Virus record (IMG/VR): IMGVR_UViG_3300004094_000049
From: a virus
Direction: 5' to 3' (one strand)
Length of the DNA: 64,000 nucleotides
The translations under genes were made by a program, and so were the position numbers. Position 1 is the stretch's first letter. Each line of letters opens with the position of its first letter. Below the pieces are notes generated by a model. That model made no database searches and had not been told where the DNA came from. It saw only the letters and a program-made list of their open reading frames with translations. This document shows positions 30,866-41,435 of this stretch, in pieces.

Positions 30866-32065
30866 TTGATTATTCTCTTGTCCGACCAGACTTATAATAA
30901 ATTGAGCTTATATATGTGTGCAATTAATCCAAGTAAAAAAGTATCGTCAATCGAGCACAAAATGCTCGATTACATAAGTGGCAATAGCAAACAATCACAT
31001 AAAGTACGGCGTGAATCTGCTTTGGTTGCTAACACGAACTCCAATGTTCTACTACTTGGTGAGTCAGGTACGGGCAAAGAAGTCATTGCAAAGGCCATAC
31101 ACTACTGTTCTGATAGAAAAGATAAGCCCTTTGTTGCTATTAATTGTGGAGCTATTCCAAGTGAACTTCTAGAAAGTGAGCTTTTTGGGCATAATAAAGG
31201 CGCTTTTACTGGGGCATTCAACAATAGAATTGGTCGATTTGAACTGGCTCAAGATGGTACAGTTTTTTTGGACGAAATTGGCGATATGCCACACGAACTT
31301 CAAGTGAAGCTTCTTCGAGTTATTCAAGAACGAACTTTTGTTCGTGTTGGCGGTGATTCGGATATTCAATTTAAGGCTCGAATTATTGCAGCTACTCATA
31401 AGAACCTACCTGAACTGGTTAACACAGGTAAGTTTCGTGAAGACCTTTTTTATAGATTAAATGTTTTTCCAATTGATGTGCCTCCACTTCGTGAAAGAGA
31501 CGATGATATCCCCATCCTTATGAAGAGCCTTATGATTCAAAATGGCTGGCCTTTGAACTTTTCAAATGAAGCTAAATTGGCTTTTCAGTCATATGAATGG
31601 CCTGGAAACATCCGTGAGCTTCAAAACATTATGGAGCGCTTATTCATCTTGCATTCGACAAGCACAATAACTGCCGATGATTTGCCAACGAAAATCAGAG
31701 GTGATCACACTGAATCGCCTCTTGATGATCAAGATTTTCTATCTGGAATTTTTGACTCTGTGAGTGATGACCAATTTGAAGCCTCTTTATCTGAACAGGA
31801 AAAGCTAGAAGCTTCCTTTTTCGATATGAGTGATGAGCAACCTTCTCTGTGCAATGTTATAACAAGCATCGACAATCTTGCTGATGATTCTCATATCCCA
31901 CCTGGCCTTTGCATTAAGTCAATTTGGAATCAATTTGAAAGGAAGCTTATAACTATCGCACTATCTCAAGCAGGCGGGAACATAACTGATGCATGTAAGC
32001 TATTGAATTTAAAGAGAACTACCTTTCATGAGAAGGCTAAAAAACTGGACGTATTAGTAAGATGA
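30866..32065 (+). CDS. sigma54-dependent enhancer-binding protein (FlrA/FleQ-like) without an N-terminal sensor domain
   Basis: [43 protein letters not shown]-term Fis-type HTH; start uncertain. Confidence 0.9.
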   Translation: MIILLSDQTYNKLSLYMCAINPSKKVSSIEHKMLDYISGNSKQSHKVRRESALVANTNSNVLLLGESGTGKEVIAKAIHYCSDRKDKPFVAINCGAIPSELLESELFGHNKGAFTGAFNNRIGRFELAQDGTVFLDEIGDMPHELQVKLLRVIQERTFVRVGGDSDIQFKARIIAATHKNLPELVNTGKFREDLFYRLNVFPIDVPPLRERDDDIPILMKSLMIQNGWPLNFSNEAKLAFQSYEWPGNIRELQNIMERLFILHSTSTITADDLPTKIRGDHTESPLDDQDFLSGIFDSVSDDQFEASLSEQEKLEASFFDMSDEQPSLCNVITSIDNLADDSHIPPGLCIKSIWNQFERKLITIALSQAGGNITDACKLLNLKRTTFHEKAKKLDVLVR

Positions 32066-32100
32066 CGCCACTTCGACCTTTTAGAGCGGTCGATGGCCGC

Positions 32101-32430
32101 TTAAAAGTCTTCTATTTCTACAAAGGGAATTTCCCCGCCGTAATCACGAGCAATTATCACTTCGCGGTCTCTGTTGCCGATTGTGCTTGAACAGCCTTGT
32201 CCAAATGCTGGGTGATACTTACTGTTTGGATCTTTGCTAATCTCTTCATACTTTCCACAGCTAGCAATACCCATTTTGTCAGTGATTAGATAGCTACATT
32301 GGCCTGCTTTAGCGTCCCATTCTCCATAAGCGCAAGCGCATTGTCTGCAACACATACCACTTCTTACACAAGCCTTAACAAACATTTTACGTACCAGATA
32401 GAGATTATGCTTCGTAGTATAAAGCAACAC
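32101..32430 (-). CDS. small Cys-rich protein (YkgJ-like metal cluster)
   Basis: CVRSGMCCRQCAC...CSYL...CGKY. Confidence 0.55.
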   Translation of the reverse strand: MLLYTTKHNLYLVRKMFVKACVRSGMCCRQCACAYGEWDAKAGQCSYLITDKMGIASCGKYEEISKDPNSKYHPAFGQGCSSTIGNRDREVIIARDYGGEIPFVEIEDF

Positions 32431-32514
32431 GCTAGATCATTCTATGAATCAATTAACTGAATGAACTGTTCTTTCAGATATGACAAATCCATTATTCACT
32501 TATTCCGAGCATAG

Positions 32515-32531
32515 TTAAATAACGGTCTAGT
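32515..32531 (+). repeat. 17-bp dispersed site, copy 1 (TTAAATAACGGTCTAGT)
   Basis: One mismatch to consensus TTAGATAACGGTCTAGT; intergenic, upstream of pilin. Confidence 0.85.
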
Positions 32532-32653
32532 GATCACGTTGTAGAAGCGAAACCAACTCTTGAACCATTATTTGAATTTTTGAATTAACTTTAACCAGCA
32601 CGCATGTTAGGATTAATAAAAATAATAATAATAACAATAATGGTAAACTAATT

Positions 32654-33118
32654 ATGCTTACATTGATAACGAGCATTATCGCAATTGCTCTTGTCGTTGT
32701 GATTGCTGCTGCTGGTGCTTACTTCGGCGGTGACATTTATGATGAATCAAAAATGGATGCAGAAGCCGCAAAACTCATGAATGAAGGTGCCCAAATTGTT
32801 GGCGCAATGACTGTTTATGAGAGTGATGGCAATTCAGTAGAGCAAGACTTTCAGCTAGAAAATCTCGTTGAAGAAAACTATTTAACAACTATCCCTGAAG
32901 GCTGGACAGCAGTGTCTGGCATGATTGCCGCCCCTATCGTTGGTACTGATGCCTACCAACAAGGTGTTTGTTTTACTGCAAACTCCGAAGCTGGTTACTT
33001 TTTTGAAGATCCTACCCGTGACGACGTAATTCCGTATGAAGCTGATCCAGATTACGCCATCCCATACTGTGACTATGAAGACCTATCCCACATGGTTCCA
33101 TGTTGCGTTCTTCGGTAA
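32654..33118 (+). CDS. type IV pilin-like protein
   Basis: Hydrophobic N-terminal helix MLTLITSIIAIALVVVIAAAGAYFGG, then amphipathic helix EAAKLMNEGAQIVGA and C-terminal Cys pairs; no clear class III leader. Confidence 0.6.
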   Translation: MLTLITSIIAIALVVVIAAAGAYFGGDIYDESKMDAEAAKLMNEGAQIVGAMTVYESDGNSVEQDFQLENLVEENYLTTIPEGWTAVSGMIAAPIVGTDAYQQGVCFTANSEAGYFFEDPTRDDVIPYEADPDYAIPYCDYEDLSHMVPCCVLR

Positions 33119-33162
33119 CTTTTCTGGTGGTCAGTAGCCACCATTTCAATTGGTGACTATCA

Positions 33163-34326
33163 ATGACACTTAACAAAATTACACTTCTATTGGCTACAAT
33201 AGTCGCACCAGCCGCTATTGCATCAGGTAGCTTTATTATTAGAGCGCCAATAGAAGCAGATCTGTCTCAATGGCAAATTATGCCTCCTGATTTCTCTGAT
33301 TGGGAATCTATAAGCGAACCATACAATTGTTCTGCATGGTCTCCAGATACATTCACTGTTCACGTTGGTGAATCTTTCACGCAAGAACAGTCATGTAGCC
33401 AAGATTTTGAAAGAACTGTCACAGTGAATGAATATGATAATTTCACTGGAGAAGTTCGAGTCGTATCAGAAGAAACTGAGACAGACACCCAATCCATCGA
33501 AAATTCGCGTGACGCCTCTGGAACAAGAGAAATCCTTGAGCCAGAAGAGTCTGGGTGGATAAACGATGGCGAAGCATATGATTGCACCGAATGGACTCCA
33601 AATGTTGATACCGTTGCGGCAGGAACACAATTTGACCAAGCAAGAAGCTGCTCTCAAGACCAATCAAATACTACTACCATTTGGGCCGAGGATATTTCTA
33701 CTGGTGAAAGGGAAATTGAAGACCAATTCATTACAGAACAAACAATCACGACTTCTGAGACTCAGACTGCAATCGGTACAAAAATCGTCAGGAATATGTG
33801 TGTTGATATCCTAAGTAGAGGTGAAAGCACTGGTAATGGAGTCTATTCGGTATTCCCAGAAGGTGGCACTGCTAGAAATGCCTATTGCGATATGAGTGGT
33901 GGCGGTTGGACTCTCTATGACTCTTTTGGTAGTCAACTGGTTCATACTGGAGGGGCAAACCCCTCTGCTTACAATGGCAATAACATCAATAGTACTTCAG
34001 GACTCAGTAGCGCTGGTTATACCTACTACCTTGATATTGTGAATACCACGTCTTATCACACTAGCCCTTTTTACATGCAAATGTTTTATGGTGGTCATAC
34101 AAGAGGCTGGGCAAAAAAGGTTATGCCATCCTGGGTAGACGGTGTAAAAGTCGAAATGTCTAACGCTTGGTATCAGCATGAAAGCTATGTTCATTATGGT
34201 AGCGAAACGCAAACCATTTGGGGCTATCAGGGCCATACAGAATTCGTTTTTTCTGGTGGTGGTAAAGAGCTGAAGCTTGAAGACTATAAAGGCATTATTT
34301 GGGCCGACTCGGTATGGGTGAAATAA
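33163..34326 (+). CDS. secreted repeat protein with C-terminal fibrinogen-like domain (adhesin candidate 1)
   Basis: Signal peptide, two ~65-70-aa Cys/Trp repeats, CVDIL...GNGVY...AYCDMSGGGWTL. Confidence 0.7.
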   Translation: MTLNKITLLLATIVAPAAIASGSFIIRAPIEADLSQWQIMPPDFSDWESISEPYNCSAWSPDTFTVHVGESFTQEQSCSQDFERTVTVNEYDNFTGEVRVVSEETETDTQSIENSRDASGTREILEPEESGWINDGEAYDCTEWTPNVDTVAAGTQFDQARSCSQDQSNTTTIWAEDISTGEREIEDQFITEQTITTSETQTAIGTKIVRNMCVDILSRGESTGNGVYSVFPEGGTARNAYCDMSGGGWTLYDSFGSQLVHTGGANPSAYNGNNINSTSGLSSAGYTYYLDIVNTTSYHTSPFYMQMFYGGHTRGWAKKVMPSWVDGVKVEMSNAWYQHESYVHYGSETQTIWGYQGHTEFVFSGGGKELKLEDYKGIIWADSVWVK

Positions 34327-35495
34327 TGAAATATAATGCAATATCAAAAATAGTCTTGGGCGGCGTGTTAATCATGCCTACCCTTTCAATTGCATCTGAG
34401 TACATAATTCGTGCTCCTGTTGATGCTGATTTATCCCAATGGCAAGTAATGCCGCCCATTTATGGAAATTGGGAAGAAACCAGTGAGCCGTACTCATGCA
34501 CTAACTGGACACCAGACTCATTCAGTTTTCTGGTCGGTGAATCGTTCGACCAAACCCAAAGTTGCTTGCAAGATTTCGAACGAACTGTAACTTACAAAGA
34601 ATACGATAGCTTTTCAGGTGAAGAAGTTGTCATTTCAACAGAAACGGAGTCAGATACACAGACTATAGAGAATGAGCGTATAGCTTCAGGAACACGTTCA
34701 ATTCTTCCTCCTGAGAGTTCTGGGTGGGTAGACGTAAACGAGCCTTATGAGTGCTCTGAGTGGACACCTCATGAATCAACTGTGGCTGAAGGGGTTGAGT
34801 TCATACAGACTCAATCCTGCTTGCAAGATCAAGAGGAAACCATCACAGTTTATGCGGAAGACATTTCAACAGGCCAAAGAGAGATCGAGTCTCAAGAGAC
34901 TAACAGCCACACAATAACTGTGACACATGAACAAGATAATGTTGGCACCAAAGTTGTTCGAAATATGTGTGTTGATATTCTTAATCGAGGCGAAAGCAAT
35001 GGTAATGGCGTATACAACGTAAGCCCTGATGGAGTGAACTATAGAAAAGCCTATTGCGATATGTCAGGTGGTGGATGGTCGTTGTTCGATTCATTCGGAA
35101 CTCAGTTAGTCAATACTGGTGGTGCAAACCCAGCCTCGTATAACGCTCAAAGCATTAATAGTGTTTCTGCTGCACAATCAGCAGGCTATACAACCCATAT
35201 TGAGTATGTGAACCATACTAATTACCATACATCTGCTTACTACATGCAGTACTTCTTCGGCGGTGCTAATTACGCATACATTCAGAAAGTCATGCCAAGT
35301 TGGGCCAAAGACGTTAAGGTGGCTTTAAGTAATCAGTGGATTGCATCTACAACAACCATATCATACGGCTCAAGCTCTAAAACGGCTGGTGCAAATGCAC
35401 CTCATGCTGAATACACTTTCTCAGGTGGAGGTCAACTGCTTAAGGTACGTGAAAATGGCGGTCTAGTTTGGATTGATTCGGTTTGGGTGAAGTAG
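34326..35495 (+). CDS. paralogous repeat protein with fibrinogen-like domain (adhesin candidate 2)
   Basis: TAATG-coupled start at 34326; same architecture, YCDMSGGGWSL, ends SVWVK. Confidence 0.7.
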   Translation: MKYNAISKIVLGGVLIMPTLSIASEYIIRAPVDADLSQWQVMPPIYGNWEETSEPYSCTNWTPDSFSFLVGESFDQTQSCLQDFERTVTYKEYDSFSGEEVVISTETESDTQTIENERIASGTRSILPPESSGWVDVNEPYECSEWTPHESTVAEGVEFIQTQSCLQDQEETITVYAEDISTGQREIESQETNSHTITVTHEQDNVGTKVVRNMCVDILNRGESNGNGVYNVSPDGVNYRKAYCDMSGGGWSLFDSFGTQLVNTGGANPASYNAQSINSVSAAQSAGYTTHIEYVNHTNYHTSAYYMQYFFGGANYAYIQKVMPSWAKDVKVALSNQWIASTTTISYGSSSKTAGANAPHAEYTFSGGGQLLKVRENGGLVWIDSVWVK

Positions 35496-35519
35496 CGTAG
35501 GCTTTATTGAGTCAAAGAA

Positions 35520-35547
35520 AAACGCTTTCCATAATTGGAAAGCGTTT
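35520..35547. terminator. bidirectional terminator
   Basis: AAACGCTTTCC-ATAATT-GGAAAGCGTTT. Confidence 0.7.
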
Positions 35548-35551
35548 ATTT

Positions 35552-36700
35552 TTACATACTTAACTCTGATTGAGTTGAGAGGCTTAAATCCGCCAATTCG
35601 ATTTTATCAATCACTTTATCTGCGAGTGCTTCAAGCTCAGGGTTTTCTTCCATAAAACTTTGCATGGAAAGAAGGGCAGCAGCAACGTAGCCCGATTCAC
35701 TTTTGCTGATACCACTCGTTCCACCAAATGGATTGTCATTCCATTTCTTGAACTTTTCATTCTTGTTATCAAAAATCGGTTTCGTTTGTTCATACACTGT
35801 GTATGAATTTTTAGATTCTTGGATATCGGCAAGAGTTAGCTTTTCTTCCATCATCAAGCTCAATAAATCAGTGTCATTTTTACCATTGATAGTAAATGCC
35901 ACTTCAGCTTCAGCTTCGAGTTTCGCTACACCCGCTACGTACTCTTCATCTGTAGTATGGTCAATGTTGTAACCTGACACCATGTAGTGAGATTTTGGAT
36001 TTTCTGTTGCCATGATGGTATCGAAGAATCGCTGCTTCTTACCTTCAATTACTAGATCTTTAAAGTCCTCAAAAAAATCACTCACCTTTTGCAAGTGAAC
36101 ATCTGAGTACACAACAGTAAACAGATCGGTATATGTACCAATCTCTACATCATTGCCCGTAGCTTCAATCGTCTTTTTCAGTTTGGCTCCAGTACCACCA
36201 AGATGCTTTTCAAATAAAGCTGTAATGTCTGTTTCCATTCTATCAACTTCAAACAAGCCATTTTTTGAATATGCATTGTATGCGTGGTAGCGACTTGTTC
36301 CAATGGACGTCGAATTAGTAAGGATTGGGTTTCCAGCGGCCTCTAGCATTAAGGAAACCTGTTCAAGCTTCGCTTGTGTCGGTTCGATGCTATCTTCAAG
36401 ATCTAAGCGAAGGCCCTTTTGCACTCTTATAGCTTTATCAATCTCATCGAGTGTTTCATTGTTTTTCTCAATTATTCGCTGAATAGCTTCAGATGCGCCT
36501 GGTTGAGTCAGTATGTCTTCAAAATTTTTGTTCGCGTTATTTAATGACGCTTTTTCACTTTCCAGATGCTGAGAAACCATAGAGATTTGTCTGCGCTTCA
36601 TGGGTACTTCTAAGATGCTCGACATTAGCTTTGCATAAGCGAAGTTTAGAGTATTCTCGCGTTTATCATTTGAAAGCTTAACAATAGAGATGTAAGGCAT
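35552..36700 (-). CDS. hypothetical coiled-coil protein
   Basis: 382-aa ORF. Confidence 0.65.
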   Translation of the reverse strand: MPYISIVKLSNDKRENTLNFAYAKLMSSILEVPMKRRQISMVSQHLESEKASLNNANKNFEDILTQPGASEAIQRIIEKNNETLDEIDKAIRVQKGLRLDLEDSIEPTQAKLEQVSLMLEAAGNPILTNSTSIGTSRYHAYNAYSKNGLFEVDRMETDITALFEKHLGGTGAKLKKTIEATGNDVEIGTYTDLFTVVYSDVHLQKVSDFFEDFKDLVIEGKKQRFFDTIMATENPKSHYMVSGYNIDHTTDEEYVAGVAKLEAEAEVAFTINGKNDTDLLSLMMEEKLTLADIQESKNSYTVYEQTKPIFDNKNEKFKKWNDNPFGGTSGISKSESGYVAAALLSMQSFMEENPELEALADKVIDKIELADLSLSTQSELSM

Positions 36701-36756
36701 GTTTTTCTCACTTTTTATATTTATTATACACTATATATCATAGGTCAACCAGAGCA

Positions 36757-37098
36757 TCATGAAGTGAGTTTACCTTCCGTTAGTCGCGTATGTAGCCATG
36801 CATCAAGTAACTCATAATTTCTCTCAATTAACTCTATAAAAAGACGATCTTCAAGTGCCTTGTTCTGCATCGCCTGACGCTTTACATGAGGATGCTCTAT
36901 ACCATTGAGAACAACATGCTGAACAACACTGGCCCTATCAATAAGCTGGTCATTCATAATTAAATTCACAGTAAGCAATCCATCATTGCTATCAATCACT
37001 TCATTTTGTGATGCAGATAAATCCAATTTACGCACCAGTATTCCATCACGCAGACCAATATTCTTTATTCGATCAATTCTTCTTGCTTTCCAACTCAT
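36757..37098 (-). CDS. hypothetical protein
   Basis: 113-aa ORF. Confidence 0.55.
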   Translation of the reverse strand: MSWKARRIDRIKNIGLRDGILVRKLDLSASQNEVIDSNDGLLTVNLIMNDQLIDRASVVQHVVLNGIEHPHVKRQAMQNKALEDRLFIELIERNYELLDAWLHTRLTEGKLTS

Positions 37099-37225
37099 TT
37101 GTACACCTAAAATGTAAGTTTAAAAATAACCAATTATTTAAACTATATTAAATGAACTTTGAGTGGTTTGCCAAATAAAAAGCCAACCTACTGGCTGGCT
37201 TCTCTGCTTAGTCTTAAAGGTCTAA

Positions 37226-38680
37226 CTAGATATTAACCTCAATGTAATTGTTATCCTGAAAAGCGGTATAGAATGGACTTTCCACCCTTAAAACTCCACC
37301 CATTAGGGTAACATGTACCTTGGTATTGGCCTTGATGGATGCAAGCTCGCATGCAGAAATTTCAGGGGCTACTTGCTGCTGAGCATCAGAATTATTAATG
37401 AAAAAATTGAACTTGTAGCCTAAAGGTCTAGATTGCGCCGCTAATGCACTATATCCAATGTCTTGATGCGCATAGTCCTGATCAATATTTACTACCATTG
37501 ATTTGCGCTCATGCTCTGGATTTAGCTTACTGAGTACGTTCGAGTTTGACTCCATCTCTTCCAGTAAGTGCTCCCTTAAAAGATCTGTCACTACCGATTT
37601 ATCGATTCGATGTAGGCATGTAATCACGTTGTGCTGGCCGACTTTAAATAAGTCGTCTTTCCTCAATCCATTGATGGCAAACAAATCATCATAGTTTTCA
37701 AGAGCAGATGTGATCGTCATTATGCAATAGCCCCATTGCTCATAGATGATTGGATCGATCTCATCCAATAGAAGTAGCTTATCAACTTTCATGAAAAAGA
37801 GATTTTCAACAAGCTCACTTTGTTTTTGGGAAAGTTTAGATGCATTATCTTTCACCAAGTTAAAAAAGTAATCGAGACTGATGACTTCAAAAAACTCTTG
37901 TCGGTTTTTAATTGATTTCAATTTATCTTTTGCCAAATATCTAATCAAATTGATGTAGGCCAAGGTACGCCCACTCCAGAAATTGGCTCTGGTGTTAAGG
38001 GCATACTGGATGGCTTTATCATAGTCCATGTAGTCACAGTGTAACTTGAAGTCCTTTCGGATTGTGCTCATCTCAATATTAAGGTCAGAGACTTCGTCTA
38101 GCTTTTCAAAGATTAAACTTTGGGGTGTTGTGCTATTTATCCATATCGACCCATCACAAGCCTCATACGCTTGTGCTGCGATTACTGAATGGACATCAAG
38201 CATTCTATCTAAACCACCTTCGTAGTACGAGTTGAAGGCTAGTATAGTTGTTGGTTGAGCAAGGAATTTTTCAGGCTCGAAGACAAAATCCTGCTTCTTA
38301 TTCAGCAGTAAATTGATAAATCCGAGGCGTCGATACTCAACATCCTCTACAAACTTCTTGAATCGATCATCTAGATAACCTTGTGACATCAGTTTTGCGT
38401 CAACCAAGGTAAAAATGTAGGTGTATTTTCTCTTCTGAAGAACTTCAATTTCTTCAATCGAGAGAGAGTCTAGTAAGCAATCTGTCTGCGCAAGAGCTTT
38501 GGTGTTTACTTTTTTATGATTGATACTAAATTGATTAAAGTTCGTCCAACCATATGAACGTGCTAAGCAGTTTTGTACGTCATTTAGGTTAATTTTGGAA
38601 CCAAAGTGCTTGCTTAACCGTTTTTGGAAGAATTTTGACTCATCTAAGAGAGGCTTTTCTGAAGCAAAGAAAATTCGCAT
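37226..38680 (-). CDS. protein with small N-terminal helical domain and degenerate IcmO/DotL-like C-terminus
   Basis: ATG at 38680 after A-rich leader; AQSRPLGYKFNF...ELASIKANTKVHV resembles AQARSLGFS...EAASIGANTNIK of type IVB coupling proteins. Confidence 0.5.
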   Translation of the reverse strand: MRIFFASEKPLLDESKFFQKRLSKHFGSKINLNDVQNCLARSYGWTNFNQFSINHKKVNTKALAQTDCLLDSLSIEEIEVLQKRKYTYIFTLVDAKLMSQGYLDDRFKKFVEDVEYRRLGFINLLLNKKQDFVFEPEKFLAQPTTILAFNSYYEGGLDRMLDVHSVIAAQAYEACDGSIWINSTTPQSLIFEKLDEVSDLNIEMSTIRKDFKLHCDYMDYDKAIQYALNTRANFWSGRTLAYINLIRYLAKDKLKSIKNRQEFFEVISLDYFFNLVKDNASKLSQKQSELVENLFFMKVDKLLLLDEIDPIIYEQWGYCIMTITSALENYDDLFAINGLRKDDLFKVGQHNVITCLHRIDKSVVTDLLREHLLEEMESNSNVLSKLNPEHERKSMVVNIDQDYAHQDIGYSALAAQSRPLGYKFNFFINNSDAQQQVAPEISACELASIKANTKVHVTLMGGVLRVESPFYTAFQDNNYIEVNI

Positions 38681-38879
38681 TATGTACCCTTTATTATTAT
38701 TTTTATTGTAGTGCTCACTGCTCCAACCTAATAATTTGGGTGGAGTAATTGTTTTTATTATTTTTGTAGTTGTCCAACGACGTGCCATTTGTGAGCGGCA
38801 TACGTACTACACGCCTATTTACTATTCCATAGGCGTGCAATTCAGTCAATTTATTAAAACTGATATTAGGGTAAGTTCT

Positions 38880-38896
38880 TTAGATAACGGTCTAGT
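38880..38896 (+). repeat. 17-bp dispersed site, copy 2 (TTAGATAACGGTCTAGT)
   Basis: Exact consensus, 8 bp beyond the stop of 38905..39165. Confidence 0.9.
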
Positions 38897-38904
38897 TAGG
38901 TGAT

Positions 38905-39165
38905 CTAATAGTCGTCCAGTGTTTCAATATAAACAGGAGAAGAAGGGCCATAGAAAGCATTAAAGACGTTGTATTCTAGGTACTCATGAGCTTCGTCTTG
39001 ATCCATTCCGTCTTTGACAAGGCATTGTAAGCAACGCTCTTGGGAATACACCACGTTATAATTTTCACCGTCATTGGTTAATCCAACAATTGCATCATCA
39101 AAGCCATCAGCAAAGTAAAACTCAATACCACGTTCTTCTGCTAACTGTTCTAATTTTTTTCTCAT
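38905..39165 (-). CDS. small acidic hypothetical protein of a type seen in phages and plasmids
   Basis: ADGFDDAIVG...VVYS...EAHEYLEYN. Confidence 0.7.
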   Translation of the reverse strand: MRKKLEQLAEERGIEFYFADGFDDAIVGLTNDGENYNVVYSQERCLQCLVKDGMDQDEAHEYLEYNVFNAFYGPSSPVYIETLDDY

Positions 39166-39353
39166 TATTATTATCCATTTTTTTAGATAGTATCATTGAT
39201 TTCTGCTTTTGTTAAATCTATTCCTGTGTCATTAGCTGTCCTAATTTGACCAATAACAATATTTCACAAATTAGAACCACATTTTATCAATTTTCGAGGT
39301 CATTCTTTGATATAATATTTCCAGTATAATAATAACAATCAGAGGCATTTTTT

Positions 39354-39917
39354 ATGCATATAATCCTAATTTTCCTTTCTATCTCAGCAGTCGTCGCTTT
39401 TTTACTTCACCTGGCAGTTAAGAAGTCTCATAACATGAAACCTGGTAATCTTGAGATTGAAAGAAAGTTCCTTGTTGATCCAGATAAGCTCCCGATTACC
39501 CTTAAGACAAAGAGTAAATTTATCAAACAGGGATATCTTACTCACGACACAGACAATACTGTTCGTGTTCGAATGGCCGATGACAAGTCACTGATGACAA
39601 TCAAATCTAAATCAACAGAAGATGGTCTGTCACGAACCGAGATTGAATTTGGTATTTCACACTCACACGCTTTTGAGCTTCTTAGCATGTGTAAAGGCGA
39701 TCTCATTGAAAAACGCCGTTACTTTATCACTTACAAAAAGCAGACTTTTGAAGTTGATGTCTTTGAAGGTGTTAACAAGGGGCTTATCATGGCTGAAATC
39801 GAGCTGACGTCACTTGACCAACAGGTTGACTTGCCTGAATGGATTACAAAAGAGATCACGGGTGATAAGCGCTATTACAACCGTTGGCTGAGCAACAACC
39901 CATTTAAAAACTGGTAG
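39354..39917 (+). CDS. CYTH-domain protein (triphosphatase / class IV adenylate cyclase fold) with N-terminal TM segment
   Basis: LEIERKFLV, IKQGYL, VRVR, EKRRY, MAEIEL. Confidence 0.88.
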   Translation: MHIILIFLSISAVVAFLLHLAVKKSHNMKPGNLEIERKFLVDPDKLPITLKTKSKFIKQGYLTHDTDNTVRVRMADDKSLMTIKSKSTEDGLSRTEIEFGISHSHAFELLSMCKGDLIEKRRYFITYKKQTFEVDVFEGVNKGLIMAEIELTSLDQQVDLPEWITKEITGDKRYYNRWLSNNPFKNW

Positions 39918-39944
39918 TTGTACTTTTAAATCCATCAAATGACC

Positions 39945-39961
39945 TTAGATAACGGTCTAAT
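39945..39961 (+). repeat. 17-bp dispersed site, copy 3 (TTAGATAACGGTCTAAT)
   Basis: One mismatch; immediately upstream of the tyrosine recombinase gene. Confidence 0.88.
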
Positions 39962-40038
39962 GCCTGAAATACAAACCTTCTAGCAAAATCACTCTTTTGC
40001 TTTATACTGACAAGGTTATTGTTTTTCAGGCATTTTTT

Positions 40039-41349
40039 ATGAGCAACTTCCCGTCTGCAATCCCCTATTTTGATTCTTACAAGTATTTCGATGACGGCAA
40101 TCTGTACGTAGATCAGCATATTGCTCATTTGTCCTCAACTTCAGTGCCCGATGCATCCGCAACTTATGAACTCGTCATTGATTTTCTTAGCGAGTTAAAG
40201 GACTCTCACAATCCCAATAAGGCTGAGAATAACTATAAGACGTACCGTTCTGAGTTGACGACCTTTCTTTACTACTTTTGGGACTTTGAGGGCATGTCCA
40301 TCGAGGATGTGGATCGTCGCGCCATGAACCGATATATGGACTTCTGTGCTGAGCCACCAGCAGAACTCGTGGGTTATTTTAATGTGGCCCAATTTAAAGT
40401 GGACAAAGAAACAAATCAGCGCGTTCCTAATTCAGATTGGCGCGTTTTTCGCGGTAAAAAGCTTAATGGTGAAGCACTGCCTTACTCAATGGCTTCGCAA
40501 GCAGCTCGAACAAAGCTCGCCATATTGTCGTCATTTTTCTCTTTCTTGATAGATGCTGAATATACAGAGCGTAACCCTGCTCAAATGCTTCTAAAGAAGT
40601 CGAAGTTTAAGGCTAAAGGTGGCAACGTCGATTCTGAAGACTTCACAAATATCATGTCGGAGCTTCAATGGTCGTATGTTATGACTGCTTCTGAGTCCCT
40701 AGCTGAAGAGAGTCCAAAGGCGCATGAAAGAACCCTATTCCTTATGTCTTTAATGTACGGGTGTTACCTTCGTATCTCAGAAGTCTCCACAAGACCTGGG
40801 TTCTCCCCCGTTATGTCTCAGTTTAGACAAGACTCTCAAACAGGGGTTTGGGGTTACTACATTCCGATGAGTAAAGGCCAAAAAGCAAGAACTGTCGCTG
40901 TATCTAAAAACTTATTGAATGCGCTAAGACGCTATCGTAATTTTTTAGGACTGCCTGATCTCCCTGCACCCAAAGAGCAAAATCCATTGCTGATACGCTT
41001 GAGAAAGGCGCAGAACGGTAAAGATGCTGGTGTAATTAATGCCAACCTTGGTATTAGACAAGTACGTGAGCTTATTTATCAGGTATTTAGTGCAGCAGCC
41101 GATTTGGCAATGGAAGATGGTCATACCCATGACTCACATGCCCTCAGGGAAATGTCGCCACACGCAATTCGACATACTGGTATTTCTCATGATGTTAACT
41201 ACAACAATCGACCTTTAACTCACGTCCGTGATGATGCAGGCCATGACTCCCTCGATACGACAAGTAGGTATATCCATACCTCAAGAGTAGAACGTCATGA
41301 GACTGCGAAAGATAAAGAGCTTGATCGACTCAAAGAAGCTCGTGCTTAA
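40039..41349 (+). CDS. tyrosine recombinase / site-specific integrase
   Basis: Catalytic set intact: YLRISE, SKGQK, HAIRH, GHDS, TSRY; N-terminal SAM-like domain. Confidence 0.92.
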   Translation: MSNFPSAIPYFDSYKYFDDGNLYVDQHIAHLSSTSVPDASATYELVIDFLSELKDSHNPNKAENNYKTYRSELTTFLYYFWDFEGMSIEDVDRRAMNRYMDFCAEPPAELVGYFNVAQFKVDKETNQRVPNSDWRVFRGKKLNGEALPYSMASQAARTKLAILSSFFSFLIDAEYTERNPAQMLLKKSKFKAKGGNVDSEDFTNIMSELQWSYVMTASESLAEESPKAHERTLFLMSLMYGCYLRISEVSTRPGFSPVMSQFRQDSQTGVWGYYIPMSKGQKARTVAVSKNLLNALRRYRNFLGLPDLPAPKEQNPLLIRLRKAQNGKDAGVINANLGIRQVRELIYQVFSAAADLAMEDGHTHDSHALREMSPHAIRHTGISHDVNYNNRPLTHVRDDAGHDSLDTTSRYIHTSRVERHETAKDKELDRLKEARA

Positions 41350-41435
41350 CATGCCGCCCCTATAATGGGGCGAATCATTCGATTTTCTTTCTCTGTTCCG
41401 TATAATGGTGAAAAATAATAAGAAGAATCAATTAT

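Noticed and set aside
32514-32531. 17-bp site as an integron attC/attI core (GTTAAAT fits GTTRRRY)
   Set aside because: Only copy 1 has the leading G; no RYYYAAC partner or attC stem; the recombinase shows no recognisable IntI-specific insertion
32595-32611. Possible sigma54 promoter upstream of the pilin (CAGCACGCATGTTAG)
   Set aside because: Lacks the invariant -24 GG and -12 GC
33163-35495. Adhesin pair as a diversity-generating retroelement or shufflon
   Set aside because: No reverse transcriptase, no template/variable repeat pair with adenine-specific differences, and no sfx-like sites inside the genes
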